From the NCBI RefSeq assembly GCF_030144855.1, contig NC_082731.1, forward strand, positions 22,692,001 to 22,756,000: a stretch of DNA of 64,000 nt, in the 5' to 3' direction. Under the pieces are notes generated by a model. It searched no databases. It was given only the letters and a program-made list of their open reading frames with translations, and was not told where the DNA came from. Position 1 is the stretch's first letter, and every line of letters begins with the position of its first letter. The stretch is from Hypanus sabinus (lineage: Eukaryota). This document shows positions 49,780-63,324 of this stretch, piece after piece. Made by a program: the position numbers and the translations under genes.

Positions 49780-50730
49780 ATATTACATTTACTGATGGAA
49801 TGCAGATGTTTGTAGTTAGTGGAACCTAAAAATCATTGGAAATTAATCCAGGTGATTGATACCAAATTCCTGAGGGAATTCTGAGGTGGGCAATTGCCAG
49901 ACGGAACCATGATAATCTGACCTATCAAAATGAACCAATTCACACTTATCTGGTTTGAGCTCCATCAGGGACTTCTCAGCCCGGATTTGCATCCTATCGA
50001 TTTCCCGCTGTTGTCTCCGACTGCCGACTACACTATCCACAAAACTTTCAACCTTTCTTTCAAAAGCAAACTGTCTAACTCAACCCTCCACTTACTCATC
50101 CAGGTCATTTATTAAAAAAAATCACGATAAGTAAGGGTCCCAGAACAGATCCCTGATGCTCTCCACTGGTAACCGAACTCCATGAAGAGTTTGACCAGTC
50201 TACAAGCGCACCTTGTCTTCAGTGGGCAAGCCAGTTCTGGATCGAAAATGGTCCCGTTGGATCCCATGCCTCCTTACTTTCTCAATAAAACTTGCATGGG
50301 ATACCTTATCAAATGCGTTTCTGAAATCAATATACACTGCTGCTCATCAACATGTTTAGTCACATCCTCAAATTTCAGTCAGGCTCGTAATTCTCGAGTT
50401 GCCCTTGACAAAGCCACCCTGAGTACTCCTAACCGTATTATGCGTCTACACATGTTCATAAATCCTGCCTCTCAGGATCTTCTCCATTAACTTAGCGACC
50501 TCTGAACTAAGACTTATTGGTCTATAATTACCTGGGCTATCTCTACTCCCTTTCCTGAATAAAGGAACAATAACCGCAAACCTCCCAATCTCAGCAGTAC
50601 CCATTGATGATGTAAATATCATCGCCAGAGGCTCAACAATTTCCTCCCTCGGCTCCCACTGTTGACTGGGGTAGATTTCGTCCGGTTCTGGTGACTTCTC
50701 TATGCTGTATGACTTGCACTGGCGTAGGAT
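49780..50730 (-). mobile_element. CR1 LINE RT fragment
   Basis: KSPEPDEIYP...VPLFRKGSRDSPGNYRPISLSS (50446-50778). Confidence 0.85.
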
Positions 50731-50749
50731 ATTAATAAAGTAACTTAAA

Positions 50750-52390
50750 GCGGGTTTCTCCAGTTTCCTGGAATTCATTCAGGATATTGACATACCCGAG
50801 ATCATTTCTTAAAAATGGATTAGGAATAGAAAGGAACAGAGATTATGACGTTGTGCGCTATGGCTCTGAAGTCGATGAAACTTCACATCCCTGACAGATT
50901 TCACCTTTCTGCTTGCCCGGACATCTCAAACCCGTCCCTGTCTGCCTGCAGGTCGTCAAAACGAGTATCGGACTCCGTGTGTTGCAGAAGATCTAAGGCC
51001 ACTCCAAGTGTTGCAGAGGGCGGTATCCTGAGTTCTGCATTCCGGCGAAAAGGGCAGTCATATAGAAGTTTGGAAATGGCAACAATTGCTTGGAACCATT
51101 GCTCTCCCTTTAACATAAGCTGATAGAGCTAAAATGATAGGGGAAATAGGCTGCTGTGATAGGTGTACAAGCAGATTGTTGGACTGATGAGGGACAAAAA
51201 TGATCATCACATTGACTCTCGTAACAGTATTCCATCTCCCATATTTCTGACAATCAATCTCCTTTGCAAACCATTGTACTTAGTGTGTCATCTTCTCGAA
51301 TGATCCGGAAAAGAAAATAAAATAGAAGAAAGAAGAACAACAACAACTCCTGCAATACAATTTAGTAGATGAAACGTGGGGCTGTGATGGCATGTCGCTG
51401 AAAAGATCATAATTCGGTATATTCAGAAAATTTGTGTATTTTCAGTTGCATTGACACAACACAGAGTGCGGCCTAACAACCCATAAGGCATCCTGTCCCT
51501 GAAACACCGTCAAAGTGATTATCTCCAGATGGTCATGAAACTAGCTACATTTTCCACCTAACCTATCCATTACATCTTTGAATTGCGAAGGAAACCCGAG
51601 ACTCCGGAAAAACAGCACGTGTTCGCACGTGAGGACGCAGGACGTATATTTAAAACACAGCGCTGGGAATCAACGACGTTCTCTGAATTGATCTGAACGA
51701 TAGTAGAGCCGTGCTCACCACGAATTTACCTGTTGTCCAAGTGAAAAGAGTGAGAGGAAAAGAACTGCTTAAGAGGAATGATAAATTTCTCTTTTAAGCA
51801 GAAAACACAGAAACAGACAGGAACATACATATATGCCGAGTGATGGAGGGGTACCGAATTAGTTTAATGTTCTATCGTTTGGAAACTCTACGTAGTAGAA
51901 CATCTATAGCGAGAAATTAATACGTGGACGTACAGCCGGAATAACAGACGCAAAGACAAAAAGACAGAGATGAGTGAGATTGGAGGTGATAATACAATAA
52001 ACACACGCACAAATGACAAAGAGTACAGAGTAAAAGGGAGAAGATAAGAGAGGGGAAATAATGAGAAAATAAGAAATTGCAGAAAGATAAGCAAAGCACA
52101 AGCTACAAGCAGATGTGAGAGAGGNNNNNNNNNNNNNNNNNNNNNNNNNNNNNNNNNNNNNNNNNNNNNNNNNNNNNNNNNNNNNNNNNNNNNNNNNNNN
52201 NNNNNNNNNNNNNNNNNNNNNNNNNNNNNNNNNNNNNNNNNNNNNNNNNNNNNNNNNNNNNNNNNNNNNNNNNNNACTGACAGTAATAAAAAAAGACCGA
52301 ATAAAAACGACGACCCATATATCACGGAAACAGAAAAAGACAATTGAAAATAGGGAGATATGAATGGCCAGATGAAGACAGAGACGTGAA
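50750..52390 (+). repeat. Orphan cassette fragment (upstream blocks only, no V)
   Basis: Colinear with about 15607-17060, for example GGGTTTCTCCAGTTT, GACCACTCCAAGTGTTGCAG versus GGCCACTCCAAGTGTTGCAG, and CATCTATAG(C/T)GA. Confidence 0.75.
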
Positions 52391-52439
52391 GGAGGACAGA
52401 AAACGAAAGACAGTAAGAAAGGAACAGTGCAGAAAAAGT

Positions 52440-53748
52440 GCAGGTCCATTGCCTGGACCTTCTGATACGCTGGGCGGCCCGTGATTATGTGTCCCTTGCA
52501 AAATCTACCTTGGTGCTGAAATCCTGTCTCTCCGGCAGGAAGCGGTACCAATGGGGGAAGCAACCACAGCCGGTTTAACTGCAGCATGTTGTATTGCAGC
52601 ACACCCGGCAGCGGCCCAAAGCAACACAGCTGAAAAACGGGCAAACGACGGTGATAACCTTTCTGGTGACAGCCAGCGACGAATGCGCCATCATTCTCCA
52701 GCAGCTGTGCAGTAAATAGGCGGCGGATCTGCTGTTGGCCCAGCTAAGGGAATGACTGAGTGTGGAATGCCCTGGCGACAGAAAACAAAGCCCTATACAA
52801 GTTGTAGGGAACGCTGGAGGTCCAACAGGGTTGCTCCTCAGACTCAGTCCCATGGTGACGGAATCGTGCAGCTGCTGATCCCCGTGGTCTCTGTACCAAG
52901 GTGTTGCGTTCGGTGCACAGGGCTGGTTGCTGTTGGTCATCTGGGAGTTGCAGAGGAGCTGGGCAGTCTATTTGAACTTTTTTACTGGCTTGCGAACTGA
53001 TTGCGACGGCTTCGACGCTTGCAAATCCCAGAAAGGGCTCGGCCGCCCGTACAGGTTGTCAATACAGACTTACGTTTTCGTGGTCCCAGTCTGGGTCTAC
53101 AAACCCTCCCAGAAGAAATGACTATCCGCCAGGTTTGGAAGCCACTGGTAGTGGCCGGGAGATGTGCTCCACCGCATCTCTGATGTGGTATTTACGGTGC
53201 CGTTGCCTGAGCGGCGGAAGGCTGTCGTCTTGCACCGGGACGGACAGGCATCATGTCAGCCCTTGGTCACCACTAATTCAGTGGGGCTGAAGGAATGAAG
53301 TGACACATCGAGTGCCCTGCCTCTTTCCTCACACAAACCGGCAGCAGTGTTAACGCTCATTGGAATTTTTTGACTTTGCAATAGACTCCAGGGTTGCCAA
53401 GAACGGTCGGTCCCCTGAGAGGGGGCAGTGTGACTTTCCAGGTACACTCGTGGTCGACAGCATGCTCTCGTATTTCTAATGACGGGTACTGTTTATTATC
53501 ATTCTGTTAAGAAGTTTTTGTGGTATTATGGTAGTAACAGTTCGTTTATTGTTAAATTTCAATTCAAGTTATACTGTTATTAGTCTGTGTATTTCTGGTT
53601 CATCCTAACTGTAACCGGGCTTTATGATGGTCACCTCCCCCATAGGTGTGAGACGGTGTTTGCTATGTTTATGTCTATCATAATAAATCAGTTGTTGAGT
53701 GAATGAGCTTCCTTGTCTGTCATAATGGACCAAATGGTCATTGCAACA
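52440..53748 (+). mobile_element. Gypsy integrase 3' relic with PPT and 3' LTR (53429-53748)
   Basis: GPGEVLHRISDVV...VVLHRD-like GPY/F remnant (about 53130-53245), PPT GAGAGGGGGCAG, TG...CA termini and AATAAA at about 53682. Confidence 0.65.
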
Positions 53749-56700
53749 TAATTTTTTGAAAATGGAAACCAGTTTACAGTTTGGTTTGTTAAATATATCA
53801 CCTTGGCTTTCAGCAGGATCGATTATTGAAAGAATACTTGTAATTGCTTATCTTGCAAGAATTGATCCGAGGACATGAAAAAACTTGTTTCGGAATACAA
53901 TGTTGTGCAGAAAAAGAACTTTGAAATTTGGTCTGTTGTTATGTGTATATTTTCTCCAAATGGAACTGCATGTGTTCGTAGCATATCTTATTTCTATTTC
54001 CAGTTCATGAGGGTATGAATTGTCGTTCCAGTATATCAAGGCTGGACAGCGGGTCTTTAAACGGGTGCTACAGATAAAGACCTGAGTTCTGCATCTAAAA
54101 ACGTCTTGCGTCCGTGTATCTCGCAGATTACAATTATGGTTCTTATGGCATATGGCAGTTATGGTTCTACCTCACAACCTTGCATTCAACTGAATAGTGT
54201 AGAGAAACTGTTAGAAACTGATAACATGCCTGAAAGGATAATCAAAGTGTTCCAGTCTCCAAACTCAGTAGATGTAATCTTACGCTTGGGAAGATCCTAT
54301 TTCGTACAAAGGTCCAGTGAGCCCACCCCAATGTCCATGTTAGAACTTCTTGGTGCTCGCGGTTCCATGCGTCTGACTGAACCATGTCGCATCTACCCCA
54401 TGGACTTGCACTCCTCTATGGAGGAAAGTAAGTGTAGACGTGTTCTTTCCGTCTCCGGAATGGTTTGCTAATAACCGAATACACTCCTGCTTGGATTGTT
54501 TGCTTGTCATCGGTGTCCCCTACTGCTAACACAACTCTACGCATTGCTACCTTGAACTCCTCCGCTACCAACAACAAAGGGAGCAGCAGCTGCCCTGTTC
54601 ATAATTAGAAACCTACTGAAGAAAAACGTTGAGATAAATGTTGGGGATACCCTTTTGATGCTTTCTACAGTGGCACCGAGGATCACGTGCAACTTCCAAA
54701 GCCAGTGCAGACATAGAGTAGATCATATTGTTATGTCATGTCTCAAATGTTCCTGTCCGTCCACTTCTGTCGATCTTCTGCATCAACTGTTAAGTCTGCG
54801 TTAGTGTTTTGGGGATTTGGAAGCTGTCTCTCATTGCTGCATTAAATCGCTTTCCAAGACAATTCACTGAATTGTTGTCAGTCGACGAAACGACTTCGCT
54901 TCGTACTTGAAGACACAACTTGCTGGTAAGCTAGCCTTTTTTGATCACTATGTATCTGGAATGGTGGCTAAGTAGGCAGCTACCTGGTCATCCCAGCAGA
55001 GTTAGCTACGTGTCCAGGGCTTTCAATATCTATTTTGGGATGGAGATGGGTTGCTGTGGTCATTGTGATGTCATCTGTGAGCCCTCACATGCTGGACTCC
55101 AAAACAGCTATCGACTGTTGTCGCTAATATGAGGACATACAACCCAATGAAAATCAAGTTGGCGGCGATGGTACAGCCGACATGAATCCATTTCTAGACG
55201 TCTTGGCACCTGAATGTAAAGTAGGCGGAAATGATGTCGTAGAATCCTCTTAGGTAACTAATAATCATGTCTTGCCTTACTGCTTTGATAGAGTAGTGGT
55301 CCAGACCATTATGGAAGTGCCCTTAAAGTATTGACCGTCGGCGTTGGCGAAGCATAACCAAATAACATCCACTGCCTTTCCGTTGTCCATTTTCATAGTT
55401 ATATATTCAATATAATACAGAAGGTTATTGAAGCATGATTTCCCCTTCTTAAATCCATGCTGACTCGGACCGATCCTGTTACTGTTAACAAAACGTGCCG
55501 CTATTTAATCTTTTGTAATTGACTCTGACAGCTTTCCCACCACTGATTGCAAACTAACCGGTCCATAGCTACCTGTTTTCTCTCCACCTCCTTTCTTAAA
55601 AGGTGCGATAACATTAGCTACCATCAAATACTCAGGAACTGCCCTCAAGCTACAGAACATTGGAAAATGATTACCATTGCGTCCACGATTTCTAGATTCA
55701 TCTCGTTAAGTACCCTGCGATGCAGACTATCAGTTTCTGCAGCACCATATTTTCCCAAAAGTGAATTTCCTTCACTTTCTCCGTTACCCGAGTTCTTCCG
55801 GACACTGTTACATCTGGGTGATCATTTGTGTCTTCCTTAGTGAAAACAGATCCAAAGTACCTGTTCAATTCTTCTGCCATAAATGTGTTTTGGAATACGG
55901 CAAGTGGTGTTTTTATTAATGGGAACAAGTGGCCAAACTGCATTAGCCAGCAAAAGGTAAACCTGAGATGCAGATGGCAAAAGTTTAAATTAGAATGAAG
56001 ACGCCAGACTTCAGGCCGGAATCGGGAAAAATATGATGGCATGATGGCAGAGGAATCTTTTTTCTAGGGGACAATGCATCCTTTAACAATTTTGCAGCTT
56101 GATGCTATCGAGCCTTTGTTACAAATTTCCCCCATTATCTTCAACAAACATCGGAGACAAGTTGAAAATGTCTTATATAACGTACCGTCAACCGCTCGGT
56201 CCAGGGAGGATGATGACTTCGCTGTTTTGCTCCTTCCACTTTGGTTCAGCCCGGCACAGCACTGTTGCTTTTTTGTTGGGGGAGGGTATATCTGGATTGA
56301 ATTCTCGTCCCTTATTCCTAAGGCGATCGTTGTTTGATACCGGCATTAAAACGTTAATCTCCTGGTAACACTTCGTTTTCATAGGAAGTTATGCTTTCCA
56401 CACTGCCTGCAAGCAACAATTCTTCTGAAGGCATTTCGACTGTGTCGTATTTGGTGCTGTCGACCAGGTATGGATGGCACAGCTGATCGCAAGAGGTCGT
56501 ATTCCATTGGCTTAGTATTCATTGATTAGCGTTATCAGCTCCACAGCATCACTTGCAGAAACTGAAGAGAGCGAGTAGTTTTACGTCCAGCAGGCAGGAG
56601 CATACTTATCTTTGAAGGTGACGGTTCACTATTCTGAATTGGATGTATTCAACAGCAGTCGTCAAAGATTCAGAAGGATTTACATCAAACATTAAATTGC

Positions 56701-56819
56701 TATCATTCCCGGGTGATCTGCTCCATTCTGTTTGACTTCATTGAGGGAAGGAGTTTAATAAAATGTGCTGAATCGTGTACTCCAGTTTTCATGAAATCAT
56801 TCTGCATTTGGTGGGTCGG

Positions 56820-59790
56820 ATGGGGCAGAATCGAAGTGGAAATTTAAGGTTGGAGTTAAAGGGAAAGAGAGAATATGTTAAGTTAAGAAAGTCATCAGAC
56901 TTAAAGGGGCAGAAAGTTCAAGAAAGGATCGGAGAGTATGGCCATGTGCCATTGGGATCGATCTGATAAGTGAGGGGACTAATGGATTTAAAGTATTGTA
57001 TATGAATGCACGAAATATAAGAAAAAAAAGTGGATGAGCTTTTGGCTCATTTGGAAATTGGCAAGTATGAAGTTGTAGGAATAAAAGAAAGCTGGCTGTA
57101 AGAGGCCGAAATCTTGGAAATGAAAATTGAAAGCTATATGGCCTAGAGAAAGTACAGAAAGGTGAGGAAAAGGGTCGGGTGGCTCTGCTGGTGAGGAATA
57201 AAATTCAGACCCTTGACTGGGGTGACATAGAATGATGAGATATGGTCAGTATTGTCAGAGCTGATAAATAAGACAAAAAGACCCTAATGGGAGTTTCTAC
57301 AGACCTCCAAATAGTAGTCTAGATATAAGGTGCAAGTTGAATCAAGTGCTTAAATTGGCATGTCGCAAATGTAATGCTACGGTTGTAATGTGGAATTTCA
57401 ACATGCAGCTCGACTGGGAAAATCAGGTTGGTACTGGACTCCAAGAAAGAGAGTATGCGGACTGCCTCCGAGGTGGATTCTTAAAGCAGTTTGCACTGGA
57501 ACCCACCAAGGAGAAGTCAGATCTGGAGCTAGTGATTTGTAATGAAAAGGATTTGATAAGGGAACTCGAGGCAAAGGAGCCATTAGGAGGTACTGACAAT
57601 AATTTGATACGTTTTAATGTACAATTTGAGAAGGAGAAAGAAAAATCGGACGTATCTGTATTACAGTGGAACAAAGGGGACTATGGGTCCATGAGGGAGA
57701 CACTAGCCAACGTTGACTGGAAGGATCCCCTAGAAGGGATGTCCGTGGAACAACAATGGCAGGTGTTTCAGGGAATTACTCAGAAGGTGCATGATCAGTT
57801 CATTCCAAAGATAAATAAAGATTCTAAGGGGAGTAGGGGACGACGGTGGCTGACAAGGGAAGTCAAGGATAGTATAAAGATAAATGAGAAGTATAACAGA
57901 GCAAAGTTGAACGGGAAGCCAGAGGATTGTGAAACTTTTAAGGAGCAACAGAAGATAATTAAACAGGCAATACGGGGAGAAAAGATGCGGAACGACGGTA
58001 AGCTAGCTAAGTGTATAAAGAAGGATAGCAAAAGCTTCTGTAGGTATGTGAAGAGGAAAAAATAGTTAAGACCGAAGTTGGGCCCTTGAAGTCAGAAACG
58101 GGTGAATTTATTATGGAGAACAAGGAGATGGCAAACGAGTTGAACTGGTATTTTGGATCTGTCTTCACTGGGGAAAATGCAGACAATCTCCCATTTTTAA
58201 TGTCGGCCAAAGGACCTAGGGTAACGGAAGAACTGAAAGACATTCACATTAGACAGAAAATGCTGTTGAGTAGACTGGTGGGTCTATAGACTGGTAGATC
58301 CCCATGGCCTGATGGTATGCATCCCAGGGTAAATACGGAGGAGGTTCTGAAAATCATAGACGCATTGGTAGTCATTTTCCATTGTGCTATAGATTCAGGA
58401 TCAGTTCCTGTGGATTGCGGGATAGCTAATGTTATCCCACTCTTTAAGAAAGGTGGGAGACAGAAACAAGAAATTATAGTCCAGTTAGCTTGACATTAGT
58501 GGTGGGGAGATGCGGGAGTCAATTACAAAAGATGGAATTGCGGCACATTTGGTTAGCAGTGCCAGGATCGGTCCGAGTCAGCATGGTTTTACGAAATGGA
58601 AATCATGTTTGACTAAAATTCTGCAATTATTTGAGAATTAACTATGAAAATGGACAAGGGAGAATCAGTGGATGTAATGTACCAAGAGTTTCAGACAGCC
58701 TTTGATAAAGTTCCACATAGGATATTAGTGGGAAAAATTCGACCACATACTATTGGGGTAGGGTAATAAAGTGGATAGAAAATAAGTTGGGAGACAAGAA
58801 ACAAAGAGTAAGGATTAATATGACTTTTTAGGAATGGCAGGCAGCGACTACTGGGGTACCAGAAGGCTCAGTGATGGGACCACAGCTATTTACAATATAC
58901 ATTAATGATTTAGATAATGGGATTAAAATTAACATTCGCAAATTTGCAGATGACACAAAACTGGGTGGCAGTGTGAAATATTCGAGGATGTTAGAAGAAT
59001 ATATTGAGACTTTGACAGGTTGGGTGAGTGGGAAGATGTATAGCAGATGCAGTTTAATATGGATAAATGTGAGGTTATCCAATTTTGTGGCGAAAACAGG
59101 AAGACAGATAACTATCTGATTGGTTTCAAGTTCATCAGTCACTGAAAGTAAGCATGCGGGTACAGAAGGCTGTGAAGAAAGCTATTAGCATGGTGGCCTT
59201 CTTAACAAAGGGTGTTGATTAGAAGAGCAAAGATGTCCTTCTGCAGCTTTACACGGCACTGGTGAGAGCACACCTGAAGTATTTTCAGTTTTGGTCTCCA
59301 AATTTGAGAAAGGATTTCCTGGCTGTTGAGCGAGTGCACCATAGGTTCATGAGGTGGATTCCCGCGATGGCAGGACTGTCATACTTTGAGAAATTGGAGC
59401 GACTGAGCTTGTATACACTGAAATTTAGATAGCTGTGATGGTTCCGATAGAAACATAAAGAATGTTGGAGGCAGTAAACATGTCGCCCATAATGGGGGAG
59501 CACTGAAACAGATGCCACAGATTGAGACTAAGGGGAAGGCTATTTAAAATGGAGCTCAGGAAGAATGTTTTCACCCAAAGAGTTGTACATCTATGGTATG
59601 CTCTGCCTCAGAAGGCAGTGGTCCAAATATCCGGATGCTTTAAAGAAAGAGTTAGATAGAGCTCTTAAAGATAGCGGAGTCATGGGATATAAGGAGGAGG
59701 CAGGAACGATTTACTGATTGCGGATGATCAGTCATGATCACAATGAATGGTGGTGATGGCCTGCAGCGCTGATTGGCCTACTCCAGCACC
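56820..59790 (+). mobile_element. CR1 LINE, decayed ORF2 (endonuclease plus RT), specific to cassette 3
   Basis: LKVLYMNAR endonuclease start (about 56990), ORF 57337-58065, TAFDKVPH, GSVMGPQLFTIYINDLD...KFADDTKLGG, and a 3' tail at about 59780. Confidence 0.92.
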
Positions 59791-62130
59791 TATTGTCTTT
59801 TGAGAAATGAGAATAAAAAAAATAAGTTAAAAAACGGCAAATCTGGTGAAGCACATAAGGAGATCTAATGTATTAGCTCAGTGGCCTGTCGCTGAAAAAA
59901 GTGTATAAATGTACATGTGAATATATATATAGCAAATTTGTTTTCTTTTCTATAGTGGCAATACAGCGTGCAGAGCGGTGTTATAAAATTTTATCCACGC
60001 TATCCCTTCCACCACCGAGAAATCTGATTATCTCGATGTGATCTTGGAACAATTTAATTTTTCCAAGTAACCCACCCGTATGCCTTGAATTGCGAAGTTA
60101 TGCAGATTATCTGCAGACTGCGGTGATTATCTGCGGTGCAGACTCGAGGGGCCGAATGGTCTACTTCTGCACCTATTGTCTATTGTCTATTATCTGGGGA
60201 ACCTCCACGTATTCGAACGTGTGGACGTTCAGAGACTCTTCACAACACAGGGCCACGAATGAACTTAAGACTCCAAAATGAACCAAGCTATAGCAGAGCC
60301 GTGCGTACCACAGTCCTCAGTGGCGTACAAACGGATAGACTGATAGAAAGTTAGTGCTAATGAGTGAAGTTAAGTTTTGTTAAAGAAGAAAACACACGAT
60401 GAGACAGGAATTGGCATGTATGTCGAGTCCTAGAGGGTTAACGATGTAGAGTAATATCATATAGTTAGTAAACTCTCAGTGAGTAAATAATACGGGGAAA
60501 TACTGCCGGAGTAGCAGGCACAAAGGAAAGACACCGATATGAGTGTAAGGATGGGAAATGATGATACAATGAGCACTCGCATAAACACAAAGAACACAGA
60601 AGGCAAGAAAGGTAGAGAGAGGGTAAATGAAGGGAAAAAATTAATTTGAGATAGAAAAGTAGGAGACCAACTGCTGGACACGATAGGTGGGTAGAGTGAC
60701 TGGAGAGACAGGCACTGAAAGAGTAACAGTGAGTAGGGGAGAAGAGAGAGGCAGTGAAGGAGGGAGCGTGTAGTTCAAAGAGACGGTCAGCATTAAAAAG
60801 AGAAAATTAACAAAACAACACATATATAAAAGAATCTGATAGAGGCAATAGAAAATAGGGAGAAATTGATGGCGAGAGGAAGGCAGAGACCTGGAGCTAT
60901 AAATACAACGAAATTTATAGAGAAAGAAATGGAGTAGAAATAAAAAGTAAGATATACAAGGATATTGACCGGGGTAGAAATTAAGAGGGAGAGATAAAGT
61001 TAGAGCGAGATTGAAATGAAGGAGGACGACCTGTATCCTACAAGGTATTAATTGTTTATGCTCCTAACAAACAATGAATACCTTTGGTTGCAACTGCTTT
61101 GGTTGCGCTGCCCACTGCGATTCTGTAAAACTGAACAATCGTTGTACCGTGGAGCGCATGAACTACTGGAATGTCGTAGATTCTGGTATCGTTCATCAGA
61201 AAGGAGCGAGAAGCGAACCCGCCGAAGTACGCTTTGTCAGTCAATTTCCTGCTAAATTAATGGTTGAGAACGGCCAGACAAAACATTGAAATATGCATAC
61301 TCGAAAGGGAATGCTTCATTTCTTTCGGCATCCTGAGAAAATTCCGAAGTATCGGCGGCACTATATTCAATATTCACCAGAATATCCTGGCAGGTTTTAA
61401 GCTGAGCTGTTGAAAGATTGAAGGATTGCATGCAAATATTTTAGAGAACCCTATGTCGCATTGCGCCGTATATCTCCACGCCGTCGAGCTCAACCTATCG
61501 TGGCGGGTAGACTCATAACGCTACGGCTTGTGTTGTTAAGCTCAAATTGAATTAAGACATCAACATGTAGGAATGTAGGAATAACAGAATATGGAAACAT
61601 ATACACAGACACACAAATACAAGCGCGCTCGCGAGAGCTCTAAAATAAAGACAAACTTGCAGTTACTGACACCAATACGCAGAGAATGAACCAGCAATGG
61701 CAAGTGCGAAAGGATAGAAACGGAGAAGCAGAGATATTTATATACTATTATACGGACAATAGCTTCATCATACAGATCTACTGTTCTTCTATGACGTAGT
61801 CAATTTATTTTACCATTTTTTGACTCCATGGAAAAACCTGAATTATGTTCATATAACATGTCTCAGGAACCGACCGACATTTGACACTTGCCCTTGTAGA
61901 TATAGGTGCTTTGCTGAAAGTCGGAAATAAGCTCTCTTTTACTATTTCCACTATATATCAGCTTGTCATGGTGATCTACTTTGAAAAGGGAAAAAAAATC
62001 TTTTCCACAGCTGCAGGCTTATGTCCGCAGACGGCTGTCTCAGTCACGGAATGGGGTGTGACGCTCTTTCCATGAGTTACGCGGACCTGTCGCATCCAAA
62101 GCAGTAGGAGGAGCATGTATCAGAAAGCTG

Positions 62131-62200
62131 TGTTCCCATTGGGCGCTTTTCATTTCCTGCTCACTATTGCACTTAAACAGCAAAAGCGGAAAGTTCTGAT
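62131..62200 (+). promoter_or_regulatory. Putative V3 core promoter block
   Basis: CCCATTGGGCGCTTTTCATTTCCTGC...GCACTTAAACAG...CGGAAAGTTCT, with the same layout as V1 and V2. Confidence 0.55.
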
Positions 62201-62252
62201 ACCCTGCAATAATTTGATGAGGAGAAAATCATTTAGCACATTCTTCATAAAA

Positions 62253-62712
62253 ATGATGTTGAGATTTGTCATCTGGATTGTTTGCGGAGCCTGGTTAACT
62301 GGTTTGTACGCCGCAGAGAATGCAACAGTTTTCTCGAAACTCAATTATGCAGAAAAAAAAACAACATGTGAATGTAGCATTTAATGCCTTGATATTATTT
62401 TTCAGATACGTGCCATGGAAACTCTGTCACTCAGACAATGTCATCAGAAGTGAAGACAGAAGAAGAGGCTGTGACTTTAAGCTGCACTTATGATACTACA
62501 TGGGGTAGCTATTATTTATATTGGTACCGACAAAGACCGAAGCAAAGCCTTGAGTACATACTGCGAAGAAGTGATGGAGGATATGAATATAAAGCCGACT
62601 TTGCCAACAGACGCTTCACATCCTCTCTGTACAAGGGAATAAAATTATTTAGTGTCACCATCTCAAAGCTGCAAATGGGCGACTCCGCTGTTTATTACTG
62701 TGCCCTAAGCCG
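62253..62712 (+). CDS. TRDV: TCR V-delta/alpha gene segment V3, open (leader 62253-62301, intron 62302-62405, V exon 62406-62712)
   Basis: Spliced: MMLRFVIWIVCGAWLTD-TCHGNSVTQTMSSEVKTEEEAVTLSCTYDTTWGSYYLYWYRQRPKQSLEYILRRSDGGYEYKADFANRRFTSSLYKGIKLFSVTISKLQMGDSAVYYCALS. Canonical Cys23, Trp41 and YYC104; GT-AG intron. TRAV cannot be excluded. Confidence 0.95.
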
Positions 62713-62751
62713 CACGGTGATGTATTCTAGTTAAATGCTCGTACAAATATT
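62713..62751 (+). other. 23-RSS of V3
   Basis: CACGGTG + 23 nt (ATGTATTCTAGTTAAATGCTCGT) + ACAAATATT. Confidence 0.9.
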
Positions 62752-63324
62752 CAAATAGTGTCGATTCCATTCAATATATAGTGGTACACTCCTTTTCTGA
62801 TTGTGGCTTCTCGCCACTAAATTGCCTGCTAAAGATCCTTCGCGTTCTTCTGTGAACACTCAGCAATGGTGAAACCGCAACGCTCTTTCCAATGTAGCAC
62901 TGGGATACAGAGCCTCGGCCTCACAAACATTTAAATTGTGAAATTTACGTTAACCCGGCGTGAGAAATATGAGTGGTAAAATTCAAACGGCAATCACTCA
63001 GCAGTGCCTGTGTGTGAGTGTGTGCGTGTGTGTGTGTGCATGTGCGTGGGTGTGGGAGTGTGCATATTTGTTAGAGACGAAGAGACAAGTCTGATGATCA
63101 AATCAAATCTGATGATCCTGACGAATGTTCTCGGCCTGAAATGTCGAGAGTCTTTCTCTTTATGGATGTTGCCTGCCTTGCTCCGTTCCACCGGCATGTT
63201 GTGTGTTGTTGACAAAGATGATGGATGATTTCCTTCAATAGAACCACTGAGCTGTTAGTGCAGAGATGAATGTCAGTCTTATTCGGTTGGTCTCTCTCTC
63301 TCTCTCTCTCCCTCCATCCCGAAT

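Noticed and set aside
51888-52644. Long ORFs spanning N runs (also 19556-19862, 31872-32162, 43212-43620)
   Set aside because: Artefacts of translating through assembly gaps.
11983-62751. NAR-TCR supporting V-delta, NAR-TCR V, or IgH-like (TAILV) segments, which are known from shark TCR-delta loci
   Set aside because: All three V genes have their own leader and promoter, lack a CDR1 cysteine, and show TCR rather than IgH or NAR framework motifs. I found no D or J with 12-RSS downstream of any V.
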